Positions 39,090 to 48,780 of a stretch of 64,000 nt of DNA are shown here, in pieces. The position numbers and the translations under genes are program-made. Numbering within the stretch: position 1 is the stretch's first letter; every line of letters starts with the position of its first letter. The DNA comes from an uncultured Muribaculaceae bacterium (GTDB lineage: Bacteria; Bacteroidota; Bacteroidia; Bacteroidales; Muribaculaceae). The DNA lies in contig CAJTME010000004.1 in NCBI GenBank assembly GCA_910577315.1, positions 105,732 to 169,731 on the forward strand. Direction: 5' to 3'. Under the pieces are notes generated by a model. It was given only the letters and a program-made list of their open reading frames with translations, ran no database searches and had not been told where the DNA came from.

Positions 39090-39857
39090 ATGAATTCCGA
39101 ACCGCTTATAACGATAGTCACCATCACATACAATGCTGCCGGGACGGTGGCGAGAACGCTTGAAAGTGTTGCCTCGCAGGACTTCACCGACTATGAGCAC
39201 GTCATTGTCGACGGTGCATCAACCGATGCGACCCTTCGTCTTGTGGAATCAGCCCCCGGTAAAGAACGCCGCCGCGTGCTCAGCGAACCTGACAACGGGC
39301 TCTACGATGCCATGAACAAGGGCATAGGACTGGCCAAAGGAAAATATCTCGTATTCCTTAATGCCGGCGATAAATTTCACTCCACTCAGTCGCTCAGCCA
39401 AATTGCCGCTGCGATAAACAAGAATGCCGAGCCCGGAATAGTGTATGGTCAGACCAATCTGGTGGACAACAATGGCAACTACATCAGCCCCCGCCACCTC
39501 ACAGCTCCCGAAAATCTCAGATATGGAGATTTTGCCCGAGGAATGCTCGTCTGTCATCAGGCTTTTGTAGTGTTGAGGAGGCTTGCACCGCTTTACTCAA
39601 TGACCTATCGCTTCTCAGCCGATTACGAGTGGTGCATCCGTTGCCTGATGCACTCGCGCCGCAATGTTTACACAGGAACGGTGCTCGTCGACTATCTGTC
39701 GGAAGGAATCACAACCGCCAACCGCCGCAAGTCGCTGATTGAGCGATTCCGCATCATGAGCTTCTATTACGGTTTTTGGCCTACGCTGTTCCGCCACCTG
39801 GGCTTTGCTTTCAGGTTCATCAATTTTAAAAGAAAATACGACAATGCACATATATAA
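39090..39857 (+). CDS. Glycosyltransferase family 2 (WcaE-like)
   Basis: ITIVTITYN, VDGASTD, SEPDNGLYDAMNKG, FLNAGD, HQA, ADYEW. Confidence 0.92.
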   Translation: MNSEPLITIVTITYNAAGTVARTLESVASQDFTDYEHVIVDGASTDATLRLVESAPGKERRRVLSEPDNGLYDAMNKGIGLAKGKYLVFLNAGDKFHSTQSLSQIAAAINKNAEPGIVYGQTNLVDNNGNYISPRHLTAPENLRYGDFARGMLVCHQAFVVLRRLAPLYSMTYRFSADYEWCIRCLMHSRRNVYTGTVLVDYLSEGITTANRRKSLIERFRIMSFYYGFWPTLFRHLGFAFRFINFKRKYDNAHI

Positions 39858-40146
39858 TACTACATTCGGAGTCGATCCTGCCGTCGAAACGGAGTTCATC
39901 GACTGGCTTCGTGCCGAATTCATCCCCGAATCGACCGCCGACGGGGAATATTTCTCCACACCTGAACTGATGCGTGTGGTCAGCAGCGATCCTGCCGTCA
40001 ACAGCCTTGCCCTCCACATGCGTGCCCGTGAACTGGACGATATTGACAAATGGTATGCCGACCATGGCGCACGGCTTTTCGACCTCATCCAGAAACGGTG
40101 GAACGGCCATGTGGTTTTCTTCAGCACAACACTCACCCTTGTCTGA
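39844..40146 (+). CDS. DUF4286-like protein
   Basis: MHIYNTTF...FIDWLR...FFSTTL; directly upstream of ruvC. Confidence 0.75.
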   Translation: MHIYNTTFGVDPAVETEFIDWLRAEFIPESTADGEYFSTPELMRVVSSDPAVNSLALHMRARELDDIDKWYADHGARLFDLIQKRWNGHVVFFSTTLTLV

Positions 40147-40724
40147 TGCCGGTAGATTCAAGAGTCAGGGATTTCGAGCGTGTCATAATCGGCATTGACC
40201 CGGGTACGAACGTGATGGGATATGGCATCGTTGGAGTCAACGGCAAAAAGCCCGTCATGATTGCCATGGGAGTGGTGAAGCTCAGTAAATTTGAAAGCCA
40301 TTACCTGCGGCTGCGGCGAATTTATGAGCGCGTCCTTGATTTATGCAACCAGTATCTCCCCGACGAGATGGCCATCGAGGCTCCGTTTTTCGGAAAGAAC
40401 GTGCAGTCGATGCTGAAACTTGGCCGTGCGCAAGGAGTCGCTATGGCGGCCGCTCTGTCGCGTGATGTTCCCATCACGGAATATGAGCCACGCAAAATCA
40501 AGATGGCCATCACAGGCAATGGCGCCTCATCAAAAGAACAGGTTCAGGAGATGCTCAGGCGTATTCTCTCAATACCGAAAGAGAACCTTCTGCCTGAACT
40601 CGATGCTACCGACGCGCTCGCAGCCGCTATGTGCCACTTTTATGAATCAGGGAAGCCGGCGGTTGCCAAATCCTCGTCGTGGAAAGACTTTATAGCCCGG
40701 CACCCCGACAAAGTTAAAATGTAA
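40146..40724 (+). CDS. ruvC: Holliday junction resolvase RuvC
   Basis: IIGIDPG, AIEAPF, LGRAQG, EYEP..IK, DATDALA. Confidence 0.96.
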   Translation: MPVDSRVRDFERVIIGIDPGTNVMGYGIVGVNGKKPVMIAMGVVKLSKFESHYLRLRRIYERVLDLCNQYLPDEMAIEAPFFGKNVQSMLKLGRAQGVAMAAALSRDVPITEYEPRKIKMAITGNGASSKEQVQEMLRRILSIPKENLLPELDATDALAAAMCHFYESGKPAVAKSSSWKDFIARHPDKVKM

Positions 40725-40730
40725 TTTCAA

Positions 40731-42050
40731 ATGAAAAAGGTCCTCTTTGCCTCAATTATATTGTTCTCAGCCACGGCTTCAGCCCAGGTAGACATATCGG
40801 GCTCGCGGTTCATGCAAATTTCACCGGCGGCCTCCACCGGTCTGCAGGCCGTGTATGTAATCGAGAACTCAGCCGATGCCACTATTGAATACACCGCCTC
40901 GACCAGTTCCGTGCAATGGCAGCGTTTCAGCAATCTCGGCGGAGGCTACGCCGAGCCGGTCACGGGCGTGGTGCGCGACGGCAACAAATGGTCGGTGGGC
41001 GCTGGAGCATCGGATATGGGATACATAATCACCGACGGTTCGCGGCAGACATGTTTTTGGGTGGTTAACTATGCCTCCTGTCAGTGGACCGTTTCGGGGT
41101 TGACGATTGCCGAGTCGGATTGCGACCGCGTTTGGCTCGGAGTGGATGGTTCTGCACCTGAAATGATATATTACTCGATAAACGGCCACCGTGAAACCCT
41201 CGACAGAGCGATTGAAGTTGATTACCGCACCCTGACATACGACAGCGAGTCGCACACATACGTGCAGACAGAAGTAACCGAGAATCTCGAGTATGCCGAC
41301 GGGCGCATAAATCTGCCCGTTCCGCTGTGTGACACTGATTTCACCATCAACCCCGATAAATTTGCATCGGCGTGGGGTATCGGACGCGCCGTCAGCTCGC
41401 CATCATTCCAAACCTCGGCGGTACAGGCTCAGACTACCGCCACGCAGACCGTTCGGGAATCAGATAACGAGCAGAAAGTGGAGAGCGAGGGGTTAGGCGG
41501 TTCGGCTCCCTGCGAAATCGAATTCAGCGCCGCTGTCACCGACGCGGCCATCTACCGCCGCTGGGAAATAGCGTCCACACCTGATTTTGTCGATACCTAC
41601 CTCACATTCGACCAACTTGATTTCACGTATACCTTCACGGAAGCCGGAACATGCTATGTGCGCTTCATGGCCAATAACGCAGCAGGCTCGTGCGAATATC
41701 TTGGCGACACCTATACAGTTGCCATAGGCGAGTCGCGTCTCGAATGTCCCAATGCCTTTTCTCCTGGCACTTCGGAAGGTGTAAACGATGAATGGAAGGT
41801 GTCTTACCGTTCGATTATATCGTTTGACTGCCAGATATTCAACCGCTGGGGTCAGAAAATGGCTACCCTCACCGACCCATCCCAAGGTTGGGACGGCAAA
41901 TATAACGGCAAGTTCGTTAAATCGGGCGTGTATTTTTATGTGATAAAGGCAACAGGTTCCGATGGCAAGGAATACAAGCTCTCGGGCGACATCAACATAA
42001 TATCGTCACGCCAAAATCCGAACTCGACCACTGGGGGCGGAGTTCAGTAA
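40731..42050 (+). CDS. T9SS type-B (CHU_C / gliding-motility-associated CTD) secreted protein with PKD-like domain
   Basis: Signal peptide; PNAFSP..GVND, IFNRWG, WDG, GVYFYVI. Confidence 0.88.
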   Translation: MKKVLFASIILFSATASAQVDISGSRFMQISPAASTGLQAVYVIENSADATIEYTASTSSVQWQRFSNLGGGYAEPVTGVVRDGNKWSVGAGASDMGYIITDGSRQTCFWVVNYASCQWTVSGLTIAESDCDRVWLGVDGSAPEMIYYSINGHRETLDRAIEVDYRTLTYDSESHTYVQTEVTENLEYADGRINLPVPLCDTDFTINPDKFASAWGIGRAVSSPSFQTSAVQAQTTATQTVRESDNEQKVESEGLGGSAPCEIEFSAAVTDAAIYRRWEIASTPDFVDTYLTFDQLDFTYTFTEAGTCYVRFMANNAAGSCEYLGDTYTVAIGESRLECPNAFSPGTSEGVNDEWKVSYRSIISFDCQIFNRWGQKMATLTDPSQGWDGKYNGKFVKSGVYFYVIKATGSDGKEYKLSGDINIISSRQNPNSTTGGGVQ

Positions 42051-42061
42051 TTGTCACGTAA

Positions 42062-42110
42062 AAAACACTTGCGCCGAAAAGTTTCAGATACTTTTCGGCG
42101 CAAGTGTTTT
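42062..42110. terminator. Long perfect palindrome, probable bidirectional terminator
   Basis: 21-bp arms AAAACACTTGCGCCGAAAAGT, 7-nt loop, between convergent genes. Confidence 0.8.
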
Positions 42111-42128
42111 CAGTTATTATATTGCCAC

Positions 42129-42752
42129 TTATTTTTTCACTTGCCTGTATTGTGGCAGTAGAGGTACAGGATATTTTGAGAACAGGGTCTGCACTGCTTC
42201 CGCTATGCCCGACAGGTCGCGGAACTGGGTGTTACCGTTTTCAAGAATAGTAGCCACGGAGGCGGAGAACAAGGGGATTTTATCAACTATGTTTACCATA
42301 TCCATTGTCAGTACACCTTCTTTATATATGCCTGTGATTACACGGGCGTTGGCATAGTAGTTTTGCCAATACATTGCGCGGGGATACATGAAATATGGGT
42401 AAAATCCCCTGTAATAAGGACCGGCGTAAGGCATGTAGCCGGGAGGGAGGGCCGGTTCGGTTTCAATCTCGCGGTGAACGGTAAGGCCGATGTTTACCAA
42501 CAGCGGAGAGTTGGGTTCTTCTGTGTATCCGCGCATAATCATCTGTTCGCGGATGGCGGCGGCAATGTTGTAGTAGGTCACCATCTGCATTCCCGGAGGA
42601 AGTTGGCCTTCGGCGGGTGTAACGATATGGAACGTCTTGTAGTCAGCGAGATCAGCATCGTTGTATGTCTCGCTGTTGACCAAGGTGAATGGACTGCACG
42701 CCGTGGTCAGCAACACCAGCAGCAGAGTCGGAATCATCAGTAGCTTTTTCAT
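42129..42752 (-). CDS. DUF4136-like lipoprotein
   Basis: LTTAC lipobox; ADLADYKTF, YKEGVLTMD. Confidence 0.78.
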   Translation of the reverse strand: MKKLLMIPTLLLVLLTTACSPFTLVNSETYNDADLADYKTFHIVTPAEGQLPPGMQMVTYYNIAAAIREQMIMRGYTEEPNSPLLVNIGLTVHREIETEPALPPGYMPYAGPYYRGFYPYFMYPRAMYWQNYYANARVITGIYKEGVLTMDMVNIVDKIPLFSASVATILENGNTQFRDLSGIAEAVQTLFSKYPVPLLPQYRQVKK

Positions 42753-42894
42753 AATTCAGGGGGCTAAATGTTAGATATTTGAATATAAAACAAACGTTTT
42801 GGAGGGAAATATTGTTCCTTTAACGAAAAATAACCTCTACAATGCGAATAATCAAATTTAAATGTCTACATTTGTCCCACTGATAATTGAATCC

Positions 42895-43131
42895 ATGACC
42901 GAACACATCACAGATTTTTTTATATCAATAATTGACCAGACCCCTACCCTTGACATGGCCGAGGCTGAATTCAAACGGTCGTTGGCCGACGATGCGGAAT
43001 TGCGTTCTCTATATCGAGAATGGTGTCACGAAGTCGGTTCTACCGAAAAACGAGGCTTCCTGGATTTCTGCGAGGAATATGTCGAGGGGCAGAACGAAGT
43101 CTGGGACTCTTTGACTGACTATGACGAATGA
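42895..43131 (+). CDS. Small acidic hypothetical protein
   Basis: 78 aa after a TACATTTG promoter element; overlaps the aguA start. Confidence 0.7.
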   Translation: MTEHITDFFISIIDQTPTLDMAEAEFKRSLADDAELRSLYREWCHEVGSTEKRGFLDFCEEYVEGQNEVWDSLTDYDE

Positions 43132-44185
43132 GCATACGACAGGGCCGGTGAGACTGCCGGCCGAATGGGAGCCGCAAGGCGCCGTTATTGTGGCGTGGCC
43201 GCATGCGGGCACTGACTGGGCCTACATGCTTGACGAGGCCGAGGCGTGTTACGTGAATCTTGTGCATGCAATTTCACGGCATGCCGTGGCAATCGTGATT
43301 GCTCCCGACACGGCTCCCATAAAAGAAAAACTGGCTGACATCGAAGCCGGACGCATGATATTCTTCGACACTCCCACCAACGATACCTGGACGCGCGATT
43401 ATGGCGTGATAACAACCGTAGATGACTCGGGACGGTACATACTGAACGATTTCGGGTTCAATGCCTGGGGTGGAAAATTCGAGAGTTCGCTTGACAATGG
43501 TGTCACAAGGCGCATGTTGGATGCTGGATTGCTTGCCGGAGTATATCGTGACCTTAACGATTTCATCCTCGAAGGCGGTTCGATAGAGAGCGACGGTAAG
43601 GGCACATTGCTTACCACCACTTCGTGTCTGCTCACCCCTACCCGCAATGCGGATGTAGCGGACAAGCCTGAGGAAATTGAGAAAGTTCTTGCGGAAACTC
43701 TCGGCGCGAAAAAGGTGCTGTGGCTCGACCGTGGTGCGATGCTCGGGGATGATACCGACGGGCATATTGACACAATCGCCCGTCTCGCTCCGTATGACAC
43801 AATACTTTATTGCGGACCCGGATGGGGCACGGATCCATCCGAGCAGTCCGAGGCGCTGCAGGGAGTTGGAGATGCTCTCAAAGAATTCACAACCGCAGAC
43901 GGCCGCCCGTTCAACCTTATAGAACTGCCTCTCCCCGACCCCATCTACGATAAGGATGACGGCCATCAGCTTCCGGCAACCTATGCCAATTTTCTCATAC
44001 TCAACGATGCGGTGCTGTTGCCGGTTTACGGTCAGCCGCTGAACGACGAGCGAGCCGTAATGGCGCTCAAAGTCGCGTTTCCCGACCATGTGATTGAAAC
44101 AGTCGATTGCAGGGCACTCATACGACAGCACGGTTCGCTGCACTGCGCCACAATGCAGGTGCCACGCGAGGTTCTTCCAATCTAA
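43121..44185 (+). CDS. aguA: Agmatine deiminase
   Basis: RLPAEWE, DTWTRDYG, LEGGSI, DDTDGHID, ATYANF, GSLHCATMQ. Confidence 0.94.
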   Translation: MTNEHTTGPVRLPAEWEPQGAVIVAWPHAGTDWAYMLDEAEACYVNLVHAISRHAVAIVIAPDTAPIKEKLADIEAGRMIFFDTPTNDTWTRDYGVITTVDDSGRYILNDFGFNAWGGKFESSLDNGVTRRMLDAGLLAGVYRDLNDFILEGGSIESDGKGTLLTTTSCLLTPTRNADVADKPEEIEKVLAETLGAKKVLWLDRGAMLGDDTDGHIDTIARLAPYDTILYCGPGWGTDPSEQSEALQGVGDALKEFTTADGRPFNLIELPLPDPIYDKDDGHQLPATYANFLILNDAVLLPVYGQPLNDERAVMALKVAFPDHVIETVDCRALIRQHGSLHCATMQVPREVLPI

Positions 44186-44204
44186 TCTAACGTAAACTAC
44201 ACAA

Positions 44205-45092
44205 ATGAGCAAAATTCTCAAAACAGGCATTATACAACAAAAAAACACACCCGACGCTGCTGACAACCGCTCACGTATCGCGGAAAAAGCCGAGCGACTT
44301 GCCGCAATGGGCGCAAAACTTATCGTTAATCAGGAATTGCATGACGGCCTGTATTTCTGTCAGACTGAATCTGTCGACAACTTTGACCAGGCCGTTTCGC
44401 TCGATTCCGAATCAACCGAGTTTTACTCAAATTTGGCAAAACGCCTTGGAGTGGTGATTGTCACATCCCTTTTTGAACGTCGTGCTCCGGGGCTATATCA
44501 TAACACAGCTGTTGTTTTTGACGCTGACGGTTCGGAAGCCGGTCGCTATCGCAAGATGCATATTCCCGATGATCCGGCCTATTATGAGAAATTCTATTTC
44601 ACGCCCGGTGACCTCGGCTTCAAGCCTGTCCAGACATCAGTCGGAAAACTTGGCGTGCTTGTGTGCTGGGACCAGTGGTATCCCGAAGCCGCCAGGCTGA
44701 TGGCACTTGCCGGTGCCGACATGCTTATCTATCCCACGGCCATCGGCTGGGAATCGAGCGACACAGACGAAGAGAAAAGCCGTCAGCTTGAAGCGTGGGT
44801 TACCGTACAGCGCGGTCATGCTGTTGCAAACGGGCTGCCGGTGGTGACCGTTAACCGCACAGGACATGAGCCCGATCCATCGGGAGCCACTAATGGAATT
44901 CAGTTCTGGGGCAACAGTTTTGTCGCCGGTCCGCAGGGCGAATTTCTCTTCCGTGCGCCATCAGATACAGAAGTTGAAGCTGTGATCGATGTTGACCTCG
45001 GCCGCTCCGAACAGGTGCGCCGTTGGTGGCCCTTCCTGCGCGACCGACGTATTGATGCCTATGGGGACATCACCCGCCGCTTTGTCGATTGA
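44205..45092 (+). CDS. aguB: N-carbamoylputrescine amidase (carbon-nitrogen hydrolase)
   Basis: QEL, YRKMHIPDDP.YYEKFYF, VCWDQWYPEAAR; follows aguA. Confidence 0.9.
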   Translation: MSKILKTGIIQQKNTPDAADNRSRIAEKAERLAAMGAKLIVNQELHDGLYFCQTESVDNFDQAVSLDSESTEFYSNLAKRLGVVIVTSLFERRAPGLYHNTAVVFDADGSEAGRYRKMHIPDDPAYYEKFYFTPGDLGFKPVQTSVGKLGVLVCWDQWYPEAARLMALAGADMLIYPTAIGWESSDTDEEKSRQLEAWVTVQRGHAVANGLPVVTVNRTGHEPDPSGATNGIQFWGNSFVAGPQGEFLFRAPSDTEVEAVIDVDLGRSEQVRRWWPFLRDRRIDAYGDITRRFVD

Positions 45093-45109
45093 AAAATTAT
45101 TGAATTTGT

Positions 45110-45140
45110 TTTGCTTGTTATCTAAAAAATGTTAACTTTG
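45110..45140 (+). promoter_or_regulatory. Promoter of the Crp/Fnr gene
   Basis: TTTG-N19-TAACTTTG. Confidence 0.75.
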
Positions 45141-45202
45141 TGTTCGATAACCTTGTTATAGGACATCTAAAATTTAACAAATCCTTAATTAATAAGTAGT
45201 TA

Positions 45203-45901
45203 ATGATTAAAGCAGCCATCGAAAAGGTAATCAATGAGGATATGGCCGAAATCTGGTCCATTCTCAATGGTGACGAGAAGCGCCTGATTGTTGACAATTT
45301 TAACGTTCAGACGTTCAAGAAAAACCAGTTCATCTATGCCGAAGGCGACGAACCCGAGTATCTTTGGTGTCTGCTCAAAGGTAAGGTTAAGAAGACCAAG
45401 GAAGGTGTCGGAGGCCGTGTGCAGATTCTCCGTCTCATACGCCCGGTGCAGTATTTTGGCTATCGAGCCTATTTTGCCAAGGAGCCATATGTGTCGAGCG
45501 CATCCGCATTCGAGCCGTCCACATTAGGCGCCATTCCGCTTGACCTGGTTCGTGAAATGATTGACAACAACCGCGAGCTCGCCTGGTTCTTCATAAGGGA
45601 GCTGTCGCGCAATCTCGGCGGTTCGGACACCCGAATTGTCAACCTCACCCAAAAGCATATCCGTGGACGTTTGGCCGAGGCTCTTATGGTGCTGCGCGAG
45701 AACTACGGATATGAGGAAGATGAAGCCACGCTAAAAATCTATATGTCGCGTGAAGATTTGGCAAACCTCTCGAACATGACGACAGCAAATGCAATCCGTA
45801 CACTTTCGACTTTTGTTGAGGAGCGTTTGATTACCGTCGATGGACGGCGCATAAAAATCATTAACGAGCCGCAGTTGCGCAAAATCAGTAAGTTCGGATA
45901 A
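45203..45901 (+). CDS. Crp/Fnr family transcriptional regulator
   Basis: cNMP-binding fold (IYAEGD, YFG) and HTH SREDLANLSNMTTANAIRTLS. Confidence 0.93.
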   Translation: MIKAAIEKVINEDMAEIWSILNGDEKRLIVDNFNVQTFKKNQFIYAEGDEPEYLWCLLKGKVKKTKEGVGGRVQILRLIRPVQYFGYRAYFAKEPYVSSASAFEPSTLGAIPLDLVREMIDNNRELAWFFIRELSRNLGGSDTRIVNLTQKHIRGRLAEALMVLRENYGYEEDEATLKIYMSREDLANLSNMTTANAIRTLSTFVEERLITVDGRRIKIINEPQLRKISKFG

Positions 45902-45927
45902 CCACAGTAAAACGGATGTTATACACT

Positions 45928-45967
45928 ACACCCGGGAGTTTTACCATTCAGTGAATCTCTCGGGTGT
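45928..45967. terminator. Terminator hairpin between crp and menE
   Basis: ACACCCGGGAG/CTCTCGGGTGT stem. Confidence 0.6.
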
Positions 45968-45971
45968 TATA

Positions 45972-46901
45972 TTATTCTGCCGGTAGGATGCGGCGTAGTT
46001 TCCCGTTTGCGGTCTGCGGCAATGAGGTGACTGATATTATCCTCTTTGGGGTCTTGCGGTGGTCGCTTATTATTTCGCGGATATTGTCGAGCAGTCTGTC
46101 ATCTGGATTTTCAGCCACCATAACAAGGCGCTCACCAAGCATAGCATCAGTTTCACCGATGAGATAGAAGGGTGGAAGCGATGGAATACGTTGCCTGTAT
46201 TCTTTTTCCAACTCTTCGGGATGGAGTTTGATTCCGCCGGAGTTTATGACATTGTCAAACCGTCCGAGCCAACGGAAACTTTGCGTTGACACAAGTTCAA
46301 CAACATCGTTGGTGACAAGCTTTTTCCAGGAAAAATTCCCGCTTTCAACAATCAGACAGCCTCGTGAATCGGTAGAAAAGGATATACCCGGCATCGCGTG
46401 GAAAATGTCATCGTTCCCGATTTTGCGCAGTGCCACGTGGCTGCAGGTCTCGGTCATTCCATAGCCGAGATATGCTGAAAATCCCGCGTCGGTTACTTGT
46501 CGCGCAAGGTCATCGTTTAGCGGCGCGCCACCAATCAGGAGGTTTCTCACAAGTTGCGGTGCGTCAGGATTCAGCAGCAATGACTTGATTTGTGACGGAA
46601 CTACCGCGAGCAAATCGACATGTTCTTTTATATCCACATCGTTTGATACCGGCAATTCTATGAGGCGGCAGCCGGCAACATCGGCCCTTACGGCCATCAT
46701 TTTTCCCGCTATATAGTCGGCAGAAAGAGGAATGGCGAGTACTGAGCCGGAGTGTATTCCGAAAAAACGGTTGGTGGCTGTGGCCGATGCCCTCATGTCT
46801 GATTTAAGGAGACGTATACTTTTAGGGGCACCCGTCGAGCCACTGGTGTGGGCAACGACAAATGGCTCGGCATTATGCCACTCCTGCAGGAAACCGGTCA
46901 T
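45972..46901 (-). CDS. menE: O-succinylbenzoate-CoA ligase (short form)
   Basis: HTSGSTGAPK, YGMTET, GRFDNVINSGG, TANGK; ATGA overlap with menC. Confidence 0.88.
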   Translation of the reverse strand: MTGFLQEWHNAEPFVVAHTSGSTGAPKSIRLLKSDMRASATATNRFFGIHSGSVLAIPLSADYIAGKMMAVRADVAGCRLIELPVSNDVDIKEHVDLLAVVPSQIKSLLLNPDAPQLVRNLLIGGAPLNDDLARQVTDAGFSAYLGYGMTETCSHVALRKIGNDDIFHAMPGISFSTDSRGCLIVESGNFSWKKLVTNDVVELVSTQSFRWLGRFDNVINSGGIKLHPEELEKEYRQRIPSLPPFYLIGETDAMLGERLVMVAENPDDRLLDNIREIISDHRKTPKRIISVTSLPQTANGKLRRILPAE

Positions 46902-47947
46902 TGACGCCATGGCAACTGTGGAATATCCCATGATTCAGTGGGATTGTAAAACATTCTGTCACCGCGCAATTCGAGTGGCGATGGAAAATTATTTGAGTAA
47001 AGCTGTCCCGTCCCAAGTCCCTGTGGAATCATGGCTCCTTGACGGAAACACCAGCGGGCAATGGCATCCAACCCTATGTTGGACTCGAGCGCCGACGTCG
47101 CCCACCATCCTATCTTGCGGGAGACTGCCGCTTCAATCCATGCCGCTGATTCGGCCAATCCTCCGCACAGCGCGGGTTTGAGGATGATGTATTGAGGATT
47201 GACGGTTTCAAGCAACGCGGCCTTTTCGGCGTCGGTGCGCTTCCCAATCAAATCTTCATCAAGAGCCACAGGGATGGGGCTTTTAGCGCATATCCCAGCC
47301 ATCGCAGCCCATTGGTTCTGTTTTATGGGCTGCTCAATGGAATGGATTGAAAAACGGCTCAGCTCATCAAGACGCTTCATCGCGTTGCATGGCGAAAAAC
47401 TACCGTTGGCATCCAACCGTATTTCAAGGCTGTCGGGAGAATAGACCGTACGTACATAGTGCAACAGGTCAACCTCGCTTTCAAAATCTATGCCTCCGAT
47501 TTTAAGCTTAAGTACATTGAATCCTTTGGCCAGTTTTTCGTCAATGCGGTTGCGCATGGTTGCCTTGTCGCCCATCCATATCAGCCCGTTTATCGGTATG
47601 CCGGCTTCTCCGCGGGTGAAACTGTTGTCCTCAAGTTCATTGAGATTTCCAAGAGCCGTCTCGAATCCAAAAATAATTGATGATTCCGCAAACGAATGTA
47701 TGGCAGCTTCGGCATCGGCAGCTGTTTCGACAGCACGGCATGCCTCGGCAAGGCGCCGTTCGTAATCGGGTGTGTCGTCTGCGCTGAGTCCGCGGAAAAG
47801 GGCACATTCCCCCACCCCGACGTGGCTGGTATCGGTATCGGTCAGCCGTACCAGCCACGTCGATTTCTGTCTCATTGATTCGCGCGACGTGCGTGCCTCA
47901 AAAAGGAAATTTAGGGTATATGGGGCCCATTCAGCTTTCAGTTTCAT
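46898..47947 (-). CDS. menC: O-succinylbenzoate synthase
   Basis: KLKIG, RLDANG, IEQP, ALDE, ILKP; men operon context. Confidence 0.9.
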   Translation of the reverse strand: MKLKAEWAPYTLNFLFEARTSRESMRQKSTWLVRLTDTDTSHVGVGECALFRGLSADDTPDYERRLAEACRAVETAADAEAAIHSFAESSIIFGFETALGNLNELEDNSFTRGEAGIPINGLIWMGDKATMRNRIDEKLAKGFNVLKLKIGGIDFESEVDLLHYVRTVYSPDSLEIRLDANGSFSPCNAMKRLDELSRFSIHSIEQPIKQNQWAAMAGICAKSPIPVALDEDLIGKRTDAEKAALLETVNPQYIILKPALCGGLAESAAWIEAAVSRKIGWWATSALESNIGLDAIARWCFRQGAMIPQGLGTGQLYSNNFPSPLELRGDRMFYNPTESWDIPQLPWRQ

Positions 47948-48771
47948 CAGCCGGGAAATTGCGGGAACTGGTCAAAATCAGGATCGCGTTTTTCAAGGAA
48001 AGCGTTTTTGCCCTCCTGGGCCTCGTCCATTAGGTAATACATCAGTGTTGCGTCGCCTGCAAATTCCATGAGGCCGTGCTGGCCGTTGAGCTCGGCGTTG
48101 AGGGCACGTTTAATCATGCGGATGGCGAAAGGACTGCGTTTCATGATGGTCTTGCACCAGTCGACCACTTCGTCCTCAAGCCGGTCTAAAGGCACAACTT
48201 TATTAATCATGCCCATCTCGAGGGCCTCGGCGGCGGTGTACTGCCGGCAAAGATACCATATTTCGCGGGCTTTCTTCTGTCCTACGCACCGGGCAAGATA
48301 CGACGAGCCGAATCCGGCGTCGAAACTGCCGACTTTGGGGCCGGTCTGGCCAAAACGAGCGTTCTCCGATGCGATTGTGAGATCGCAGATAACCTGAAGA
48401 ACGTTGCCTCCGCCGATGGCGTAGCCGTTGACCATGGCTATGACGGGTTTTGTGAGGCTCTGTATGGTCTTGTGCAGTTCAAGCACGTTGAGGCGCGGGA
48501 TTCCGTCCTCGTCGCGGTATCCGCCACGGCTTTTGTAGTTCTGGTCGCCGCCCGAACAGAAAGCCTTGTCTCCGGCGCCGGTGAGAACAATCACGCGGAT
48601 TTCCTTATGGTCGCGGCAGTAGTTGAAGGCATCGAGCATCTGCGCGTTAGTCTGCGGGCGAAATGCGTTGTAGACTTCGGGGCGGTTGATGGTGATGCGG
48701 GCGATTCCCTCGTGGAAATCGAAAAGTATGTCGGAGTATTCCTTGATTGTGGTCCAGTTGCGTGTTGACAT
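47947..48771 (-). CDS. menB: 1,4-dihydroxy-2-naphthoyl-CoA synthase
   Basis: [26 protein letters not shown]. Confidence 0.97.
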   Translation of the reverse strand: MSTRNWTTIKEYSDILFDFHEGIARITINRPEVYNAFRPQTNAQMLDAFNYCRDHKEIRVIVLTGAGDKAFCSGGDQNYKSRGGYRDEDGIPRLNVLELHKTIQSLTKPVIAMVNGYAIGGGNVLQVICDLTIASENARFGQTGPKVGSFDAGFGSSYLARCVGQKKAREIWYLCRQYTAAEALEMGMINKVVPLDRLEDEVVDWCKTIMKRSPFAIRMIKRALNAELNGQHGLMEFAGDATLMYYLMDEAQEGKNAFLEKRDPDFDQFPQFPG

Positions 48772-48780
48772 TGTGATAAT

